DNA of 64,000 bases from a virus (taxonomy: Duplodnaviria > Caudoviricetes): the IMG/VR virus record IMGVR_UViG_3300005611_000008, positions 1 through 64,000 of that record. One strand, written 5' to 3'. The notes under the pieces are model-generated. The model did no database searches. It saw only the letters and a program-made list of their open reading frames with translations, and was not told where the DNA came from. Below are positions 17,809 through 26,442 of the stretch, in pieces. How positions within the stretch are numbered: the stretch's first letter is position 1; each line of letters starts with the position of its first letter. The position numbers and the translations under genes were made by a program.

Positions 17809-18410
17809 GCGAAAGTATGAGTGGATTTGATTGTTATCAAACATACCTTGCGGTGAATAATCACTTCAAGCAGAAGTCGTATGACTTCTTTAAATATCAT
17901 GGAAAAATCAATGTAAGGAACGCATCTTACGAGGCAAGGAAAGATAAATACTTTTTTGAGAAGGCATCTCGTAAGTTTAAACGAGATGATTTTGTAAAGT
18001 ACCTTGTTGCTAATTTCACACAAGGTAACACTTGGATAGGAGACTTGCTGACTGTAAAGACAGAGATCGATTTCAAAAAGTGGCGAAAGCGAATAGAATC
18101 GCTGACGTATAACTTCAAAGAAGAATTATCACAGATACATGATAAAGAGGAGAATTTTAATCACCTTTTTGTGATAGCAGATGGAAAGCACCCATACGCA
18201 TTCCGACTCTATCAAAGGGGTATGGTGTCACTAGAGACACTCGTCTTACTCGATGATCTGGTACACTTTACCAAACATTGGTCTAAGCACGATGATTTGA
18301 TACTTAACGAAGTCATTGAACTCATAAGAAAGTATCGTCCGTTCTTATACCATTTTACCAATGCTGATAATGAAAAACTAAAGCAAATTGTATTGGAGAC
18401 ATACTCATGA
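17805..18410 (+). CDS. 59: helicase loader gp59
   Basis: YLAVNNHF...YDFFKYHGK...RKDKYFFEK...SLETL. Confidence 0.88.
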   Translation: MSESMSGFDCYQTYLAVNNHFKQKSYDFFKYHGKINVRNASYEARKDKYFFEKASRKFKRDDFVKYLVANFTQGNTWIGDLLTVKTEIDFKKWRKRIESLTYNFKEELSQIHDKEENFNHLFVIADGKHPYAFRLYQRGMVSLETLVLLDDLVHFTKHWSKHDDLILNEVIELIRKYRPFLYHFTNADNEKLKQIVLETYS

Positions 18411-18598
18411 CACATGAAGATTTAACTGAACTGCAAATCGAAATCTCAGAACTTGAAAAGGAGAATCAAGACCTCAAGGAACGACTTCAAGACTTGGAAG
18501 TCAATTTCGCGTATGTCGAGCAACAACTTTCCAAAAAGCAAGACTCACGAAAGGCAGTCTTTGCTGAAGAAAAACCGAAACTGTCAGTAGTTTCTTAA
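18407..18598 (+). CDS. coiled-coil hypothetical protein
   Basis: 63-aa heptad-rich ORF, ATGA-coupled. Confidence 0.55.
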   Translation: MTHEDLTELQIEISELEKENQDLKERLQDLEVNFAYVEQQLSKKQDSRKAVFAEEKPKLSVVS

Positions 18599-18601
18599 AC
18601 A

Positions 18602-18645
18602 TATAAATAAAAAGGGTTGACACCATCCCCTAATTGGTGTATCAT
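18602..18645 (+). promoter_or_regulatory. late box plus sigma70 promoter for gene 32
   Basis: TATAAATA (18602-09) and TTGACA(18617-22)-17 bp-TATCAT(18640-45). Confidence 0.7.
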
Positions 18646-18709
18646 ATTAAGCATACATTATGAAATATGTGGACAAGAAAATACAACGTTTATACAAGGA
18701 AATACAACT

Positions 18710-19606
18710 ATGGCAAATTCATTTGCATCCCTCAAGAAGTCACGCAACGCATCGCTTGACAAACTCCTACAAGAAACTGCTAAACTCACTGAAGGTGGTG
18801 GGCAACAGTCCAATGGTCCAGACGAGCGTATTTGGAAACCATCAGTAGACAAGGCAGGTAATGGTTATGCTGTTATTCGCTTTCTTCCAGAACCAAAGGG
18901 TGAAGACCTGCCTTGGGTTCGCATGTTCGATCACGGTTTCCAAGGACCGGGTGGTTGGTACATCGAAAACTCTCTAACTACCATTGGTCAGAAAGACCCA
19001 TGCGGTGAATACAACTCTGAGTTGTGGAACAACGGCACAGAAGCAGGTAAAGAGCAAGCACGTAAGCAAAAACGTCGTTTGCGATATTTCTCCAATATTC
19101 TGGTTATCAAAGATCCTGCTAATCCTCAGAACGAGGGTAAGGTATTCTTGTTTCAGTATGGTAAGAAAATTTGGGATAAGATCAATGATCTTATGCAACC
19201 AGAGTTTGAGGATGAAACACCAGTAAATCCTTTCGACTTCTGGGAAGGTGCTGACTTCAAGTTGAAGATTCGTAATGTGGAAGGTTATCGTAACTACGAT
19301 AAGTCTGAGTTTGATGCTCCATCAGAGTTGTTTGGTGGTGATGACGATTCACTTGAAAAGGTGTACGAAGGATTGTACTCATTGCAAGACATGGTGTCGC
19401 CAGACAAGTTCAAGTCTTACGACGAACTCAAGCAGAAACTTGACAAGGTGTTGGGTTTACAAGTTGCGCCGCGTCCTGCGTATGAGGATGTGGAAGATGC
19501 GACTCCTGCTCCTATGCCAAAGGAAGCACCGCCAAAGGCAATTGCTTCTACTGCGGATGAGGATGACGACGACTTGTCATTCTTTGAGCAGTTGGCAAAC
19601 GACTAA
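18710..19606 (+). CDS. 32: single-stranded DNA-binding protein gp32
   Basis: DKAGNGYAVIRFLP, HGFQGPGGWYIENSLTT, NPFDFWEGADFKLK, YRNYDKSEF and acidic tail; start refined to 18710. Confidence 0.95.
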   Translation: MANSFASLKKSRNASLDKLLQETAKLTEGGGQQSNGPDERIWKPSVDKAGNGYAVIRFLPEPKGEDLPWVRMFDHGFQGPGGWYIENSLTTIGQKDPCGEYNSELWNNGTEAGKEQARKQKRRLRYFSNILVIKDPANPQNEGKVFLFQYGKKIWDKINDLMQPEFEDETPVNPFDFWEGADFKLKIRNVEGYRNYDKSEFDAPSELFGGDDDSLEKVYEGLYSLQDMVSPDKFKSYDELKQKLDKVLGLQVAPRPAYEDVEDATPAPMPKEAPPKAIASTADEDDDDLSFFEQLAND

Positions 19607-19627
19607 GTTACAATGCCATTGTAGCAT

Positions 19628-19653
19628 GGGGGACTTTATGTCCCCCTTTTTTT
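19628..19653 (+). terminator. Rho-independent terminator between convergent genes
   Basis: GGGGGAC-tttat-GTCCCCC-TTTTTTT. Confidence 0.8.
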
Positions 19654-21700
19654 AGTTGGTTGCGTAGTTCCTACCTGCCCACCAAGGTTTTTTATCTCGT
19701 CGTGGTGAAGCAGATGCTACTGAAGTCTTATTAACTCGTGTTGAATTGTCTGTTTGAATTTGAGTCTGAGGTGCCGCCACTGTTATATTCGGTTGTGCAA
19801 CTTGTGCGGCAACCTCGCGTGAGCGTACATCAACTTCAGCACCTGTCATTAGTTTTGGTGGTGTGATTGATTGACGCATATCAAATTCAGCACCTGTCAT
19901 TAGTTTTGGTGGTGTGATTGATTGACGCATATCAAATTCAGCACCTGTCATTAGTTCTGATGGTGTGATTGCTTCACGCAACTGTTGCATTCTCTTTGCA
20001 AAGAGTGCATAGGATGCTTCATCGATGTCTGAAATGTTATCAACTGCGTCTTCAAGTTCTTCAGAAAAATCCTCAATGTCAAAGTCAATACCAATCTTAT
20101 CCAACCCACTCATTCTTTCAAGTGCGTCCGTGATTGTTCTGAGTGAGTTACTTGCAGACTCTAACTTTTCTTGGTTCTCAGCAAACTTGAGCACTTGAGT
20201 CATTGGTGCTTCATTGCCAGTGAAGAAGTTTATGAGTCCTGTACCAATACTCGTAAGAGAGTCAACAATCTTTGTTCCAGTAAAGGCAAGCAATCCTTTT
20301 GAGATTTCTCCAAGCACGGCAGTGAGATTTTTTGCTCGTGTTAAAGTGTCACCTGTTGCGTTGTCAGTAATGGATAGCAATGTTCCTACTTGCTTCTTGA
20401 TTCTTTCGGCAAAGTCACCACCACCAGTGAAACGATTCAAGGCATCGCCAAGTCCCGCAATACCAGAACCTACGCCAAAGACTGCTAATCCTGTCGCAAT
20501 CATTCCCATAGTAGCAACAAAATCTACGGCACTTAATGTTGGTAGTTCTGCAATCGTAAGGAGTGTTGCGACATTATCTACTATTGATTGAGCAAACCCA
20601 CCAGTGGTAAAGTCAGCAAGAGCAGTAGTCAGTCCTGCGATACCAGAACCTATACCAAATACCGCAAGACCCAACGCAATCGGTGTCATTGTAGCAAGAA
20701 AATCAAACGCACCTAAAGTAGGTAATTCGGAAATACTTAACAGTGTTGTCACATTATCAACAATAGACTGCGCCCACTGTGGATCAGTAAAATTAGCAAG
20801 AGCATTACCTAAACCACCGATACCTGCTCCCAAACCAAAGACACCAAGACCGATACCAATGCCTGTCATTGCAAGAGTGAATGCCGCACCCTTAAATAGC
20901 AGTCCTAATGATCCGAAGTCAACTCTATCAGTAATTGACAATAGAGTTACAACATTGTCAACAATAGATTTTGCCCAATTTGGATCAATAAAATTAGCAA
21001 TAGCATTACCTGCTCCACCTACTGCGGCACCCGCACCAAATGACGCTAATCCCGCACCAATACCAAACATTGCAAGACCAAAAGCACCGCCCTCAAGGAA
21101 GAAACTTCCCATACCACCAAAAGCATCTTTGATAGAAAGTAACTCTAACACATTTTCTTTGATTGCTTTTCCGTCCAACTCATTAAGTTGTTTTAGAAAA
21201 AATCCACCACCTGCGGCAAGAATACCTGCACCCGCAAGTAAAGCACCCGCACCAAGTCCTGCGCCTCCAATGATACCACCGATACCACTTAGAAGTTTTC
21301 CGAAAATACCTTTTGATTTCTTTTCATCATCTTTTTGATTGTTTTGTTTTTGCGGTTGCTGATCTCTTTGTTGTGCGAGGCGACGAAGTTCGGCACGATT
21401 TTCTGCATCGCGAAACTCTGCCGTTTGTGCTTGCTCTTGCTGAAAAGCAAGTTGTTCTCGTGTGATTTCTGATTGACCATCTGCGGCATTCGCAAGACGA
21501 TTCAGTATTTCAGAGTTGAACTGAGCACTTTCACTCTGAACTTGAAATGAGTTGGCGAGAATAGTACCAAGACCTTGAACCTCGCCAGACAAGATTCTAA
21601 ACCTTCTACCAAGACTATCTTGTAATGCTTTGCGCTGTTTAGCATTGTCTGCCTTGAGTTCTTCAAGAGCATTGACTATCGGAAGGTTAGAATCTGCCAT
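19652..21700 (-). CDS. tape-measure-like / baseplate hub protein (gp29 position)
   Basis: 682 aa, helical, with Gly-rich hydrophobic ~45-50-aa repeats (AQSIVDNVxTLLSI...FGxGxGIxGL); downstream of gp26/gp51. Confidence 0.6.
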   Translation of the reverse strand: MADSNLPIVNALEELKADNAKQRKALQDSLGRRFRILSGEVQGLGTILANSFQVQSESAQFNSEILNRLANAADGQSEITREQLAFQQEQAQTAEFRDAENRAELRRLAQQRDQQPQKQNNQKDDEKKSKGIFGKLLSGIGGIIGGAGLGAGALLAGAGILAAGGGFFLKQLNELDGKAIKENVLELLSIKDAFGGMGSFFLEGGAFGLAMFGIGAGLASFGAGAAVGGAGNAIANFIDPNWAKSIVDNVVTLLSITDRVDFGSLGLLFKGAAFTLAMTGIGIGLGVFGLGAGIGGLGNALANFTDPQWAQSIVDNVTTLLSISELPTLGAFDFLATMTPIALGLAVFGIGSGIAGLTTALADFTTGGFAQSIVDNVATLLTIAELPTLSAVDFVATMGMIATGLAVFGVGSGIAGLGDALNRFTGGGDFAERIKKQVGTLLSITDNATGDTLTRAKNLTAVLGEISKGLLAFTGTKIVDSLTSIGTGLINFFTGNEAPMTQVLKFAENQEKLESASNSLRTITDALERMSGLDKIGIDFDIEDFSEELEDAVDNISDIDEASYALFAKRMQQLREAITPSELMTGAEFDMRQSITPPKLMTGAEFDMRQSITPPKLMTGAEVDVRSREVAAQVAQPNITVAAPQTQIQTDNSTRVNKTSVASASPRRDKKPWWAGRNYATN
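19828..19980. repeat. 51-bp in-frame tandem repeat (about 3 units)
   Basis: TTCAGCACCTGTCATTAGTT at 19835, 19886 and 19937; encodes ITPPKLMTGAEFDMRQS. Confidence 0.9.
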
Positions 21701-21710
21701 TTATTATTCT

Positions 21711-22043
21711 CTACTTCTTTTTCTTTTGTGCCACAGCATCGCTTGCGAAGAATGCGGAAACCAAAACTGCGATTGAGGCAAAGTAAGTGGGCGCGATGTC
21801 CGCAATAAGTTCGCTTGCTTTTTCCAGTCCAAATGCTGATGTAAGGAAGATTCCAAATGGATATAATAAGAGTCCAAATAAACTGAACCATGCCATGGAC
21901 CGTATAGCATCTCGCTGTTGGTCTTGGTCTTCAAGTTCTTTACGCTTGAACTCCATATACATCTCATGCTCTTCTTTTGATACTACACCATCACCGTTCG
22001 TGTCCGCAGGATGGTATTCCTTCTTGACTTCTTCTTCTGCCAT
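21711..22043 (-). CDS. EF-hand + 2-TM membrane protein
   Basis: Canonical 12-residue loop DTNGDGVVSKEE, two TM helices and a basic C-terminus. Confidence 0.7.
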   Translation of the reverse strand: MAEEEVKKEYHPADTNGDGVVSKEEHEMYMEFKRKELEDQDQQRDAIRSMAWFSLFGLLLYPFGIFLTSAFGLEKASELIADIAPTYFASIAVLVSAFFASDAVAQKKKK

Positions 22044-22047
22044 GTGA

Positions 22048-22221
22048 CTATTTCCTTTGTTTTAATTTTTCTTCTTGTTCTTCAAGATAGTTCTTTAACA
22101 AAGTCACATAAATGTCCCTTTCAAAGGGAATCATACTTTCAATCTCAGTCAATGAGTATTTATGATGTTGCATCAAAGCAAAATTCAACTGATACATGTT
22201 CGCAAGCGAGTTATGTATCAT
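22048..22221 (-). CDS. 51: baseplate hub assembly catalyst gp51-like (57 aa)
   Basis: Own translation MIHNSLANMYQLNFALMQHHKYSLTEIESMIPFERDIYVTLL...; ATGA overlap with gp26; missed by the ORF track. Confidence 0.75.
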   Translation of the reverse strand: MIHNSLANMYQLNFALMQHHKYSLTEIESMIPFERDIYVTLLKNYLEEQEEKLKQRK

Positions 22222-22919
22222 GCTAACATAAAAAAACCTTGAAGTCCTTCTATCGTTCTTGTCTCACTTTCACCACATGCATCACATTTCCATTTTAACT
22301 CGTATGATAGTTTTGGCATGCCTTCAAAAAATAAAGCAATGTTCTTAAACTGTGTTTGGTTTAGATTGCCAACCCAATCAATAATCTCTTCTTGTGTAAA
22401 CTCATTATACACATTTTCTTGATCAAAAATAAACTCAACACATTGAGCAATCAAACCAAAAGTGTCGTCTGAGTTTTTCATGTCCAACTTTGCAACATCT
22501 TGCACTGTTGGATAACGCATCTTAACTCCAACATCATCGGTCAGCATGATTTTACCATCACTGATTTCGTTGACAATGCCAATGTCATCAATCTTAATCG
22601 AAGCATCTGTGAGTGCTTTACATTCGCCATCAGTGTGACCCATCTTCACTTCAATGACTTCTCCAACAGATTTGCCACGAAGATTCAGAAACAGAAACTC
22701 AACATCAAAAGTAGACAGTTTGCTTACATCCACTTCAGATAAAATGCAAGAGTTTAAGATATTGAGGATTGCAGTGGTAATCTCTTGCTGATCGTTTCCT
22801 TCCAATGCCATCAAAAGAATCTTTTCCTCTTTGACAAGAAAAGGTCTGAATACTATTTTTTCACCAGTGGAAGGAATATTTGTACTAAACTCAGGAGTTG
22901 CTATACTTGGTAGTGCCAT
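22218..22919 (-). CDS. 26: baseplate hub subunit gp26
   Basis: MALPSI, FRPFLVKEEKILL, FDVEFLFLNLRGKSVGE and CDAC. Confidence 0.88.
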   Translation of the reverse strand: MALPSIATPEFSTNIPSTGEKIVFRPFLVKEEKILLMALEGNDQQEITTAILNILNSCILSEVDVSKLSTFDVEFLFLNLRGKSVGEVIEVKMGHTDGECKALTDASIKIDDIGIVNEISDGKIMLTDDVGVKMRYPTVQDVAKLDMKNSDDTFGLIAQCVEFIFDQENVYNEFTQEEIIDWVGNLNQTQFKNIALFFEGMPKLSYELKWKCDACGESETRTIEGLQGFFMLA

Positions 22920-22932
22920 GATTTAACCTCAC

Positions 22933-23679
22933 TTAAAATGATCTACGAATGTTTGCGAATCTATTATTGATGTCGCCTATTCTTGCGTTTACTGTATTTA
23001 ACCCACCACCAAGAGAACCTGCGATATCACCGATACCGGGTATTCTTGCTGAACCAGAGATACCATTCGGTCCAAGACTGAATGAGAAACCGAATCCAAG
23101 ACCGGGTTGATTTTGCTTTTGGAACACACACTGATAGTTTCTGTATGCCATTGTCACTGACAACTTAGCAACTGCATCTTCTGCCCAACTCATCGAAATA
23201 GGATTGATGATAATGGGGTATGTTTCATTCAGTGTGTAGATAGAACGAAGTTCACCTGCTGATCCATATTGCCGAATAGTGACTGTGCCCAAATAGTCAT
23301 CAAAGTATTTAGTGTTGAACTTAGACAATGCGTTTTGTGGGAAAACGCCCAAGTCAAATGCACCAGTGTTCACAATGCTGTTCTGCCAAATCTCAAAGTA
23401 TTCTTTCTCACGCATGTCCTCAGATAGAATCACAGACATAGTGAGATCACCGTATGTTTGTCCGCCGTATGGTACTTTATTCAGAGGTCCGTAGTTAGTG
23501 AACTTATGCTCGGCAGTCATCAATGAACGACCGGGTAAGTCGATGGTGTCTGTTCTTGCCATCATCGAGTTTTCAAGACCCGCATCTCCTGCACCAGTGA
23601 CTTGCACCTCAAAGTGTGATGTTTTTGCAACACCAGTTTTGTTTATCGATGAAATGAGATTATTGACATTAAAAGTCAT
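22933..23679 (-). CDS. 54: tail-tube initiator gp54-like (gp19-fold)
   Basis: LPGRSL...FEIWQNSI...YFDDYLGTVTIRQY...YPIII...LSVTMAYR; position between gp2 and gp26. Confidence 0.65.
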   Translation of the reverse strand: MTFNVNNLISSINKTGVAKTSHFEVQVTGAGDAGLENSMMARTDTIDLPGRSLMTAEHKFTNYGPLNKVPYGGQTYGDLTMSVILSEDMREKEYFEIWQNSIVNTGAFDLGVFPQNALSKFNTKYFDDYLGTVTIRQYGSAGELRSIYTLNETYPIIINPISMSWAEDAVAKLSVTMAYRNYQCVFQKQNQPGLGFGFSFSLGPNGISGSARIPGIGDIAGSLGGGLNTVNARIGDINNRFANIRRSF

Positions 23680-24269
23680 TAGACTGCTTTCCTACTGTCT
23701 GCGAACACTCTGCTCTTACTTGCTTTCTCAAATCGTTCTGTTGGTAGGAACAGTGCGATGTCCCATTCCGCAGAGTCAATCTTCAAAAACTGAGAGTTGA
23801 CATTTTCGCTGAGATAGTGTTTAAATGTTGGTTTAAAGAATCTGTATTTAGACGCACCTTTGAGAATGTCGTATGAGATGCGAAGTTTTGTGCCTTCATC
23901 GTATCGTTTGTTGCTTACAACACTATAAAGACTATCCATCAGCGTGGCACGAAGTTTCGGTGGCAAGTAATGTAGATTGATTCCATAGAAACCATTTTGT
24001 GCAGGACCAACCATAAAGATCAAAGGAAACCTATCGTAGTATGGTAAAGTTTTCTTTCCCTTTGGATCGTAGAAGAAATGATACATGTGACCAACCATAG
24101 GACGATCAACCTTGTCACCAGTTTCCTTCATTAGATTCGCAGGGTATACTCTTGCCGATCTCTGTGTTCTTGCTTTATCGCGAAACCAATCTCGTGCTTG
24201 TTGTGTCCGTGCAGGTATCTGCCCACTACGAACACCTTGTACGAGAATGTCGTCGAATAGACTTGCCAT
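23679..24269 (-). CDS. 2: DNA end protector gp2
   Basis: YDPKGKKTLPYYDRFPL, GINLHYLPP and WDIALFLPTERF. Confidence 0.92.
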   Translation of the reverse strand: MASLFDDILVQGVRSGQIPARTQQARDWFRDKARTQRSARVYPANLMKETGDKVDRPMVGHMYHFFYDPKGKKTLPYYDRFPLIFMVGPAQNGFYGINLHYLPPKLRATLMDSLYSVVSNKRYDEGTKLRISYDILKGASKYRFFKPTFKHYLSENVNSQFLKIDSAEWDIALFLPTERFEKASKSRVFADSRKAV

Positions 24270-24694
24270 TAAAGTTTCATTTCCTTCTCTGTGATGATCT
24301 TAAACTTCCACTTACGATCCGCACAGAACTCTTGTGCTGCTTTCCATTTACTACTATTTATACCCCAAGTCTTAACCTCGTATAAGTATTTCTGCGTCAC
24401 CCTTGTTTTCTTCTTTGGTTCTTGCGTTTCTTTAAAGGGTTTGATTTCGATAAGATAGGTATCGGTAGCAGTCTTCATCCACACATCTGGAAAGTATCGA
24501 TGCCACTTTCCGTCAAGCGGAGATTTGTATGGTATGACAATCTCCTCTGAAGACCATTGTAGTATGTCTGGATTCTTGTCGCACCAGTTAAAAAAACGAA
24601 GTTCCCAAGATGAGCGAAAGACAACATTGTTTGGATTGCCTTTATACTTCTCAGGGTTCTTAACTTGGTATTTTCCTTTGTATGCTTTCGTCAT
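24269..24694 (-). CDS. 4: head completion nuclease gp4
   Basis: NPEKYKG, RSSWE, WSSEE..IPY, HRYFPD, IEIKP, KW.AA and F.IITE. Confidence 0.92.
   Translation of the reverse strand: MTKAYKGKYQVKNPEKYKGNPNNVVFRSSWELRFFNWCDKNPDILQWSSEEIVIPYKSPLDGKWHRYFPDVWMKTATDTYLIEIKPFKETQEPKKKTRVTQKYLYEVKTWGINSSKWKAAQEFCADRKWKFKIITEKEMKL
24355..24362 (-). promoter_or_regulatory. T4 late promoter upstream of gene 2
   Basis: TATAAATA on the minus strand about 90 bp before the gp2 start. Confidence 0.55.
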
Positions 24695-24699
24695 GTCGT

Positions 24700-24707
24700 T
24701 ATAAATA
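24700..24707 (+). promoter_or_regulatory. T4 late promoter
   Basis: TATAAATA 30 bp upstream of gp48. Confidence 0.75.
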
Positions 24708-24736
24708 GTTCAAAACTTTCACCAATAGGTATTTAG

Positions 24737-25864
24737 ATGCCAAAGATTAATAACCTAAAATCAGTTGTCAACGCAGGTAAGTCCGTAGTCGGACAAGTCT
24801 CTGGCGCATTAGAAGAAGTCGCAGGGGCGGCAGGTAAAGGTGGGTTCTCAGTCTCCGCAGGACCGAATGGCGTTTCCATCTCTGCAAACTTCAATGAGTT
24901 GCTGAAAAAGAAAGTCCAAGGCAATCGCATCGCAGGTGATCTTGCATCACTCTATCGTGACGGTAAGACTCGCACCAATCTATTCTATCCTACCGATCTT
25001 GATAACGAACACTACATTATGTTCCGTGTGATGAGACGAGACCGTCCAGAAGTGTTAGCAAAAAGCACTCGACACGAAGTGCAAAGTATCACACTTCCAG
25101 TGCCATCAAACCTTTCAGTAAAACAAGGTGCATCATACAACGATACTGCGTTAGGATTAGGTGGAGCAATGGCATCAGGTGATGTCACCGCAAGTGATAT
25201 TGAAAGCGCAGGATCATCCTTTGTCGATGCACTTAAAGAAGTGATTGATCGTTCAACCGAAGCATTTAAAACAAAAGATACAGACGCGGGAGTTAAAGGT
25301 CTTGGTATTGCCTCTCCTGTAATTGCCGCAAAACTCGGTACTAAATTTGCTAAGGGTGTTGGTGGTTTATTGGCATTCGGTGGAACGATTGGAAATGTTG
25401 TCGCAGGTGTTTCTGTCGATACTGGAATAGCAGTCAACCCACACCTTGCAGTTGTGTTTCAAGGTGTTGGATTTCGTACTCATGCATTTCAATATAAGTT
25501 CATTGCCCGTAATCAAGCAGAATCGGATGTAATTAAAAACATTATCTATGCATTTAAGTATGCAATGCTCCCATCTTACACTAAAGGGTCATTAGCATTC
25601 CAATACCCAGATGAGTTTCAGATTGAGTTTGCGGAAGGCATCTCAGAGTATTTGTATGACATCGGTACATGCGTGTTGGAAAGTGTTGATGTGCAGTACA
25701 ATGGCGAAGGCACTCCGTTGTTCTTTGAAAGTAGTGGAGCACCAGTTTCAATCACGATGAGTTTGGCATTCAAAGAAACTTTAATTCATACCAAAGAGCG
25801 ATTGGCAAAACGAATCGTCGATCCAACAAAAACTAACGATGTAGTTTCTGGATACGAGGACTAA
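24737..25864 (+). CDS. 48: baseplate tail-tube cap gp48
   Basis: NPHLAVVFQGVGFRTHAFQYKF.ARNQAES, YPDEFQI, CVLESVDVQY and L.FKE. Confidence 0.85.
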   Translation: MPKINNLKSVVNAGKSVVGQVSGALEEVAGAAGKGGFSVSAGPNGVSISANFNELLKKKVQGNRIAGDLASLYRDGKTRTNLFYPTDLDNEHYIMFRVMRRDRPEVLAKSTRHEVQSITLPVPSNLSVKQGASYNDTALGLGGAMASGDVTASDIESAGSSFVDALKEVIDRSTEAFKTKDTDAGVKGLGIASPVIAAKLGTKFAKGVGGLLAFGGTIGNVVAGVSVDTGIAVNPHLAVVFQGVGFRTHAFQYKFIARNQAESDVIKNIIYAFKYAMLPSYTKGSLAFQYPDEFQIEFAEGISEYLYDIGTCVLESVDVQYNGEGTPLFFESSGAPVSITMSLAFKETLIHTKERLAKRIVDPTKTNDVVSGYED

Positions 25865-25866
25865 TA

Positions 25867-26442
25867 ATGTCAGAATATTTTACATACTTTCCACTCATTG
25901 AGCATGATCTGACCAATGTTGGACAAACAGTCACACTGACAAATGTTCTACGTCGATTCATCGTGCGTAATGATTTGCAAGGACGAGCAGATATCTTCTA
26001 CAGATACAATGTGCAGATGGGAGACCGTCCAGATATTATTGCAGAAAAGTATTATGGTGATGCTGACTTAGCATGGTTGGTTTTACACTTCAACGATATC
26101 AAAGACCCTATCTTTGACTTTCCACTCTTTGGAAGAGACTTTGATAACTATATCAAAGGAAAGTATGGTTCAGTACCTGCCGCACAAAACGAGGTGCATG
26201 AGTATCGTCAGATTCTTCAAGATGCCGAAGTCAAGTTTGATGGAACGAAGATTCCAGAACGGTATGTGGTAGTTGATCTGACGACTTATAACACGCTTAC
26301 ACCAACTGCTCGTCGTACAATCTATAAGTACGATTATGAAGAAGAACTTAACGAAGAAAAACGAGAAATCAAACTGCTCGACAAACGCTATGCAGACAAG
26401 GTTCTTGATGAAGTGGAAACGATTCTTAGGGATGGTATTTAA
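25867..26442 (+). CDS. 53: baseplate wedge gp53
   Basis: YF.YFP, GDRPDIIAEKYYGD..L.WLVL.FN and YEEELNE.KR.IKLL. Confidence 0.9.
   Translation: MSEYFTYFPLIEHDLTNVGQTVTLTNVLRRFIVRNDLQGRADIFYRYNVQMGDRPDIIAEKYYGDADLAWLVLHFNDIKDPIFDFPLFGRDFDNYIKGKYGSVPAAQNEVHEYRQILQDAEVKFDGTKIPERYVVVDLTTYNTLTPTARRTIYKYDYEEELNEEKREIKLLDKRYADKVLDEVETILRDGI

Noticed and set aside
19828-19980. 51-bp repeat as a CRISPR array
   Set aside because: Units are contiguous with no unique spacers and are in frame within a CDS.
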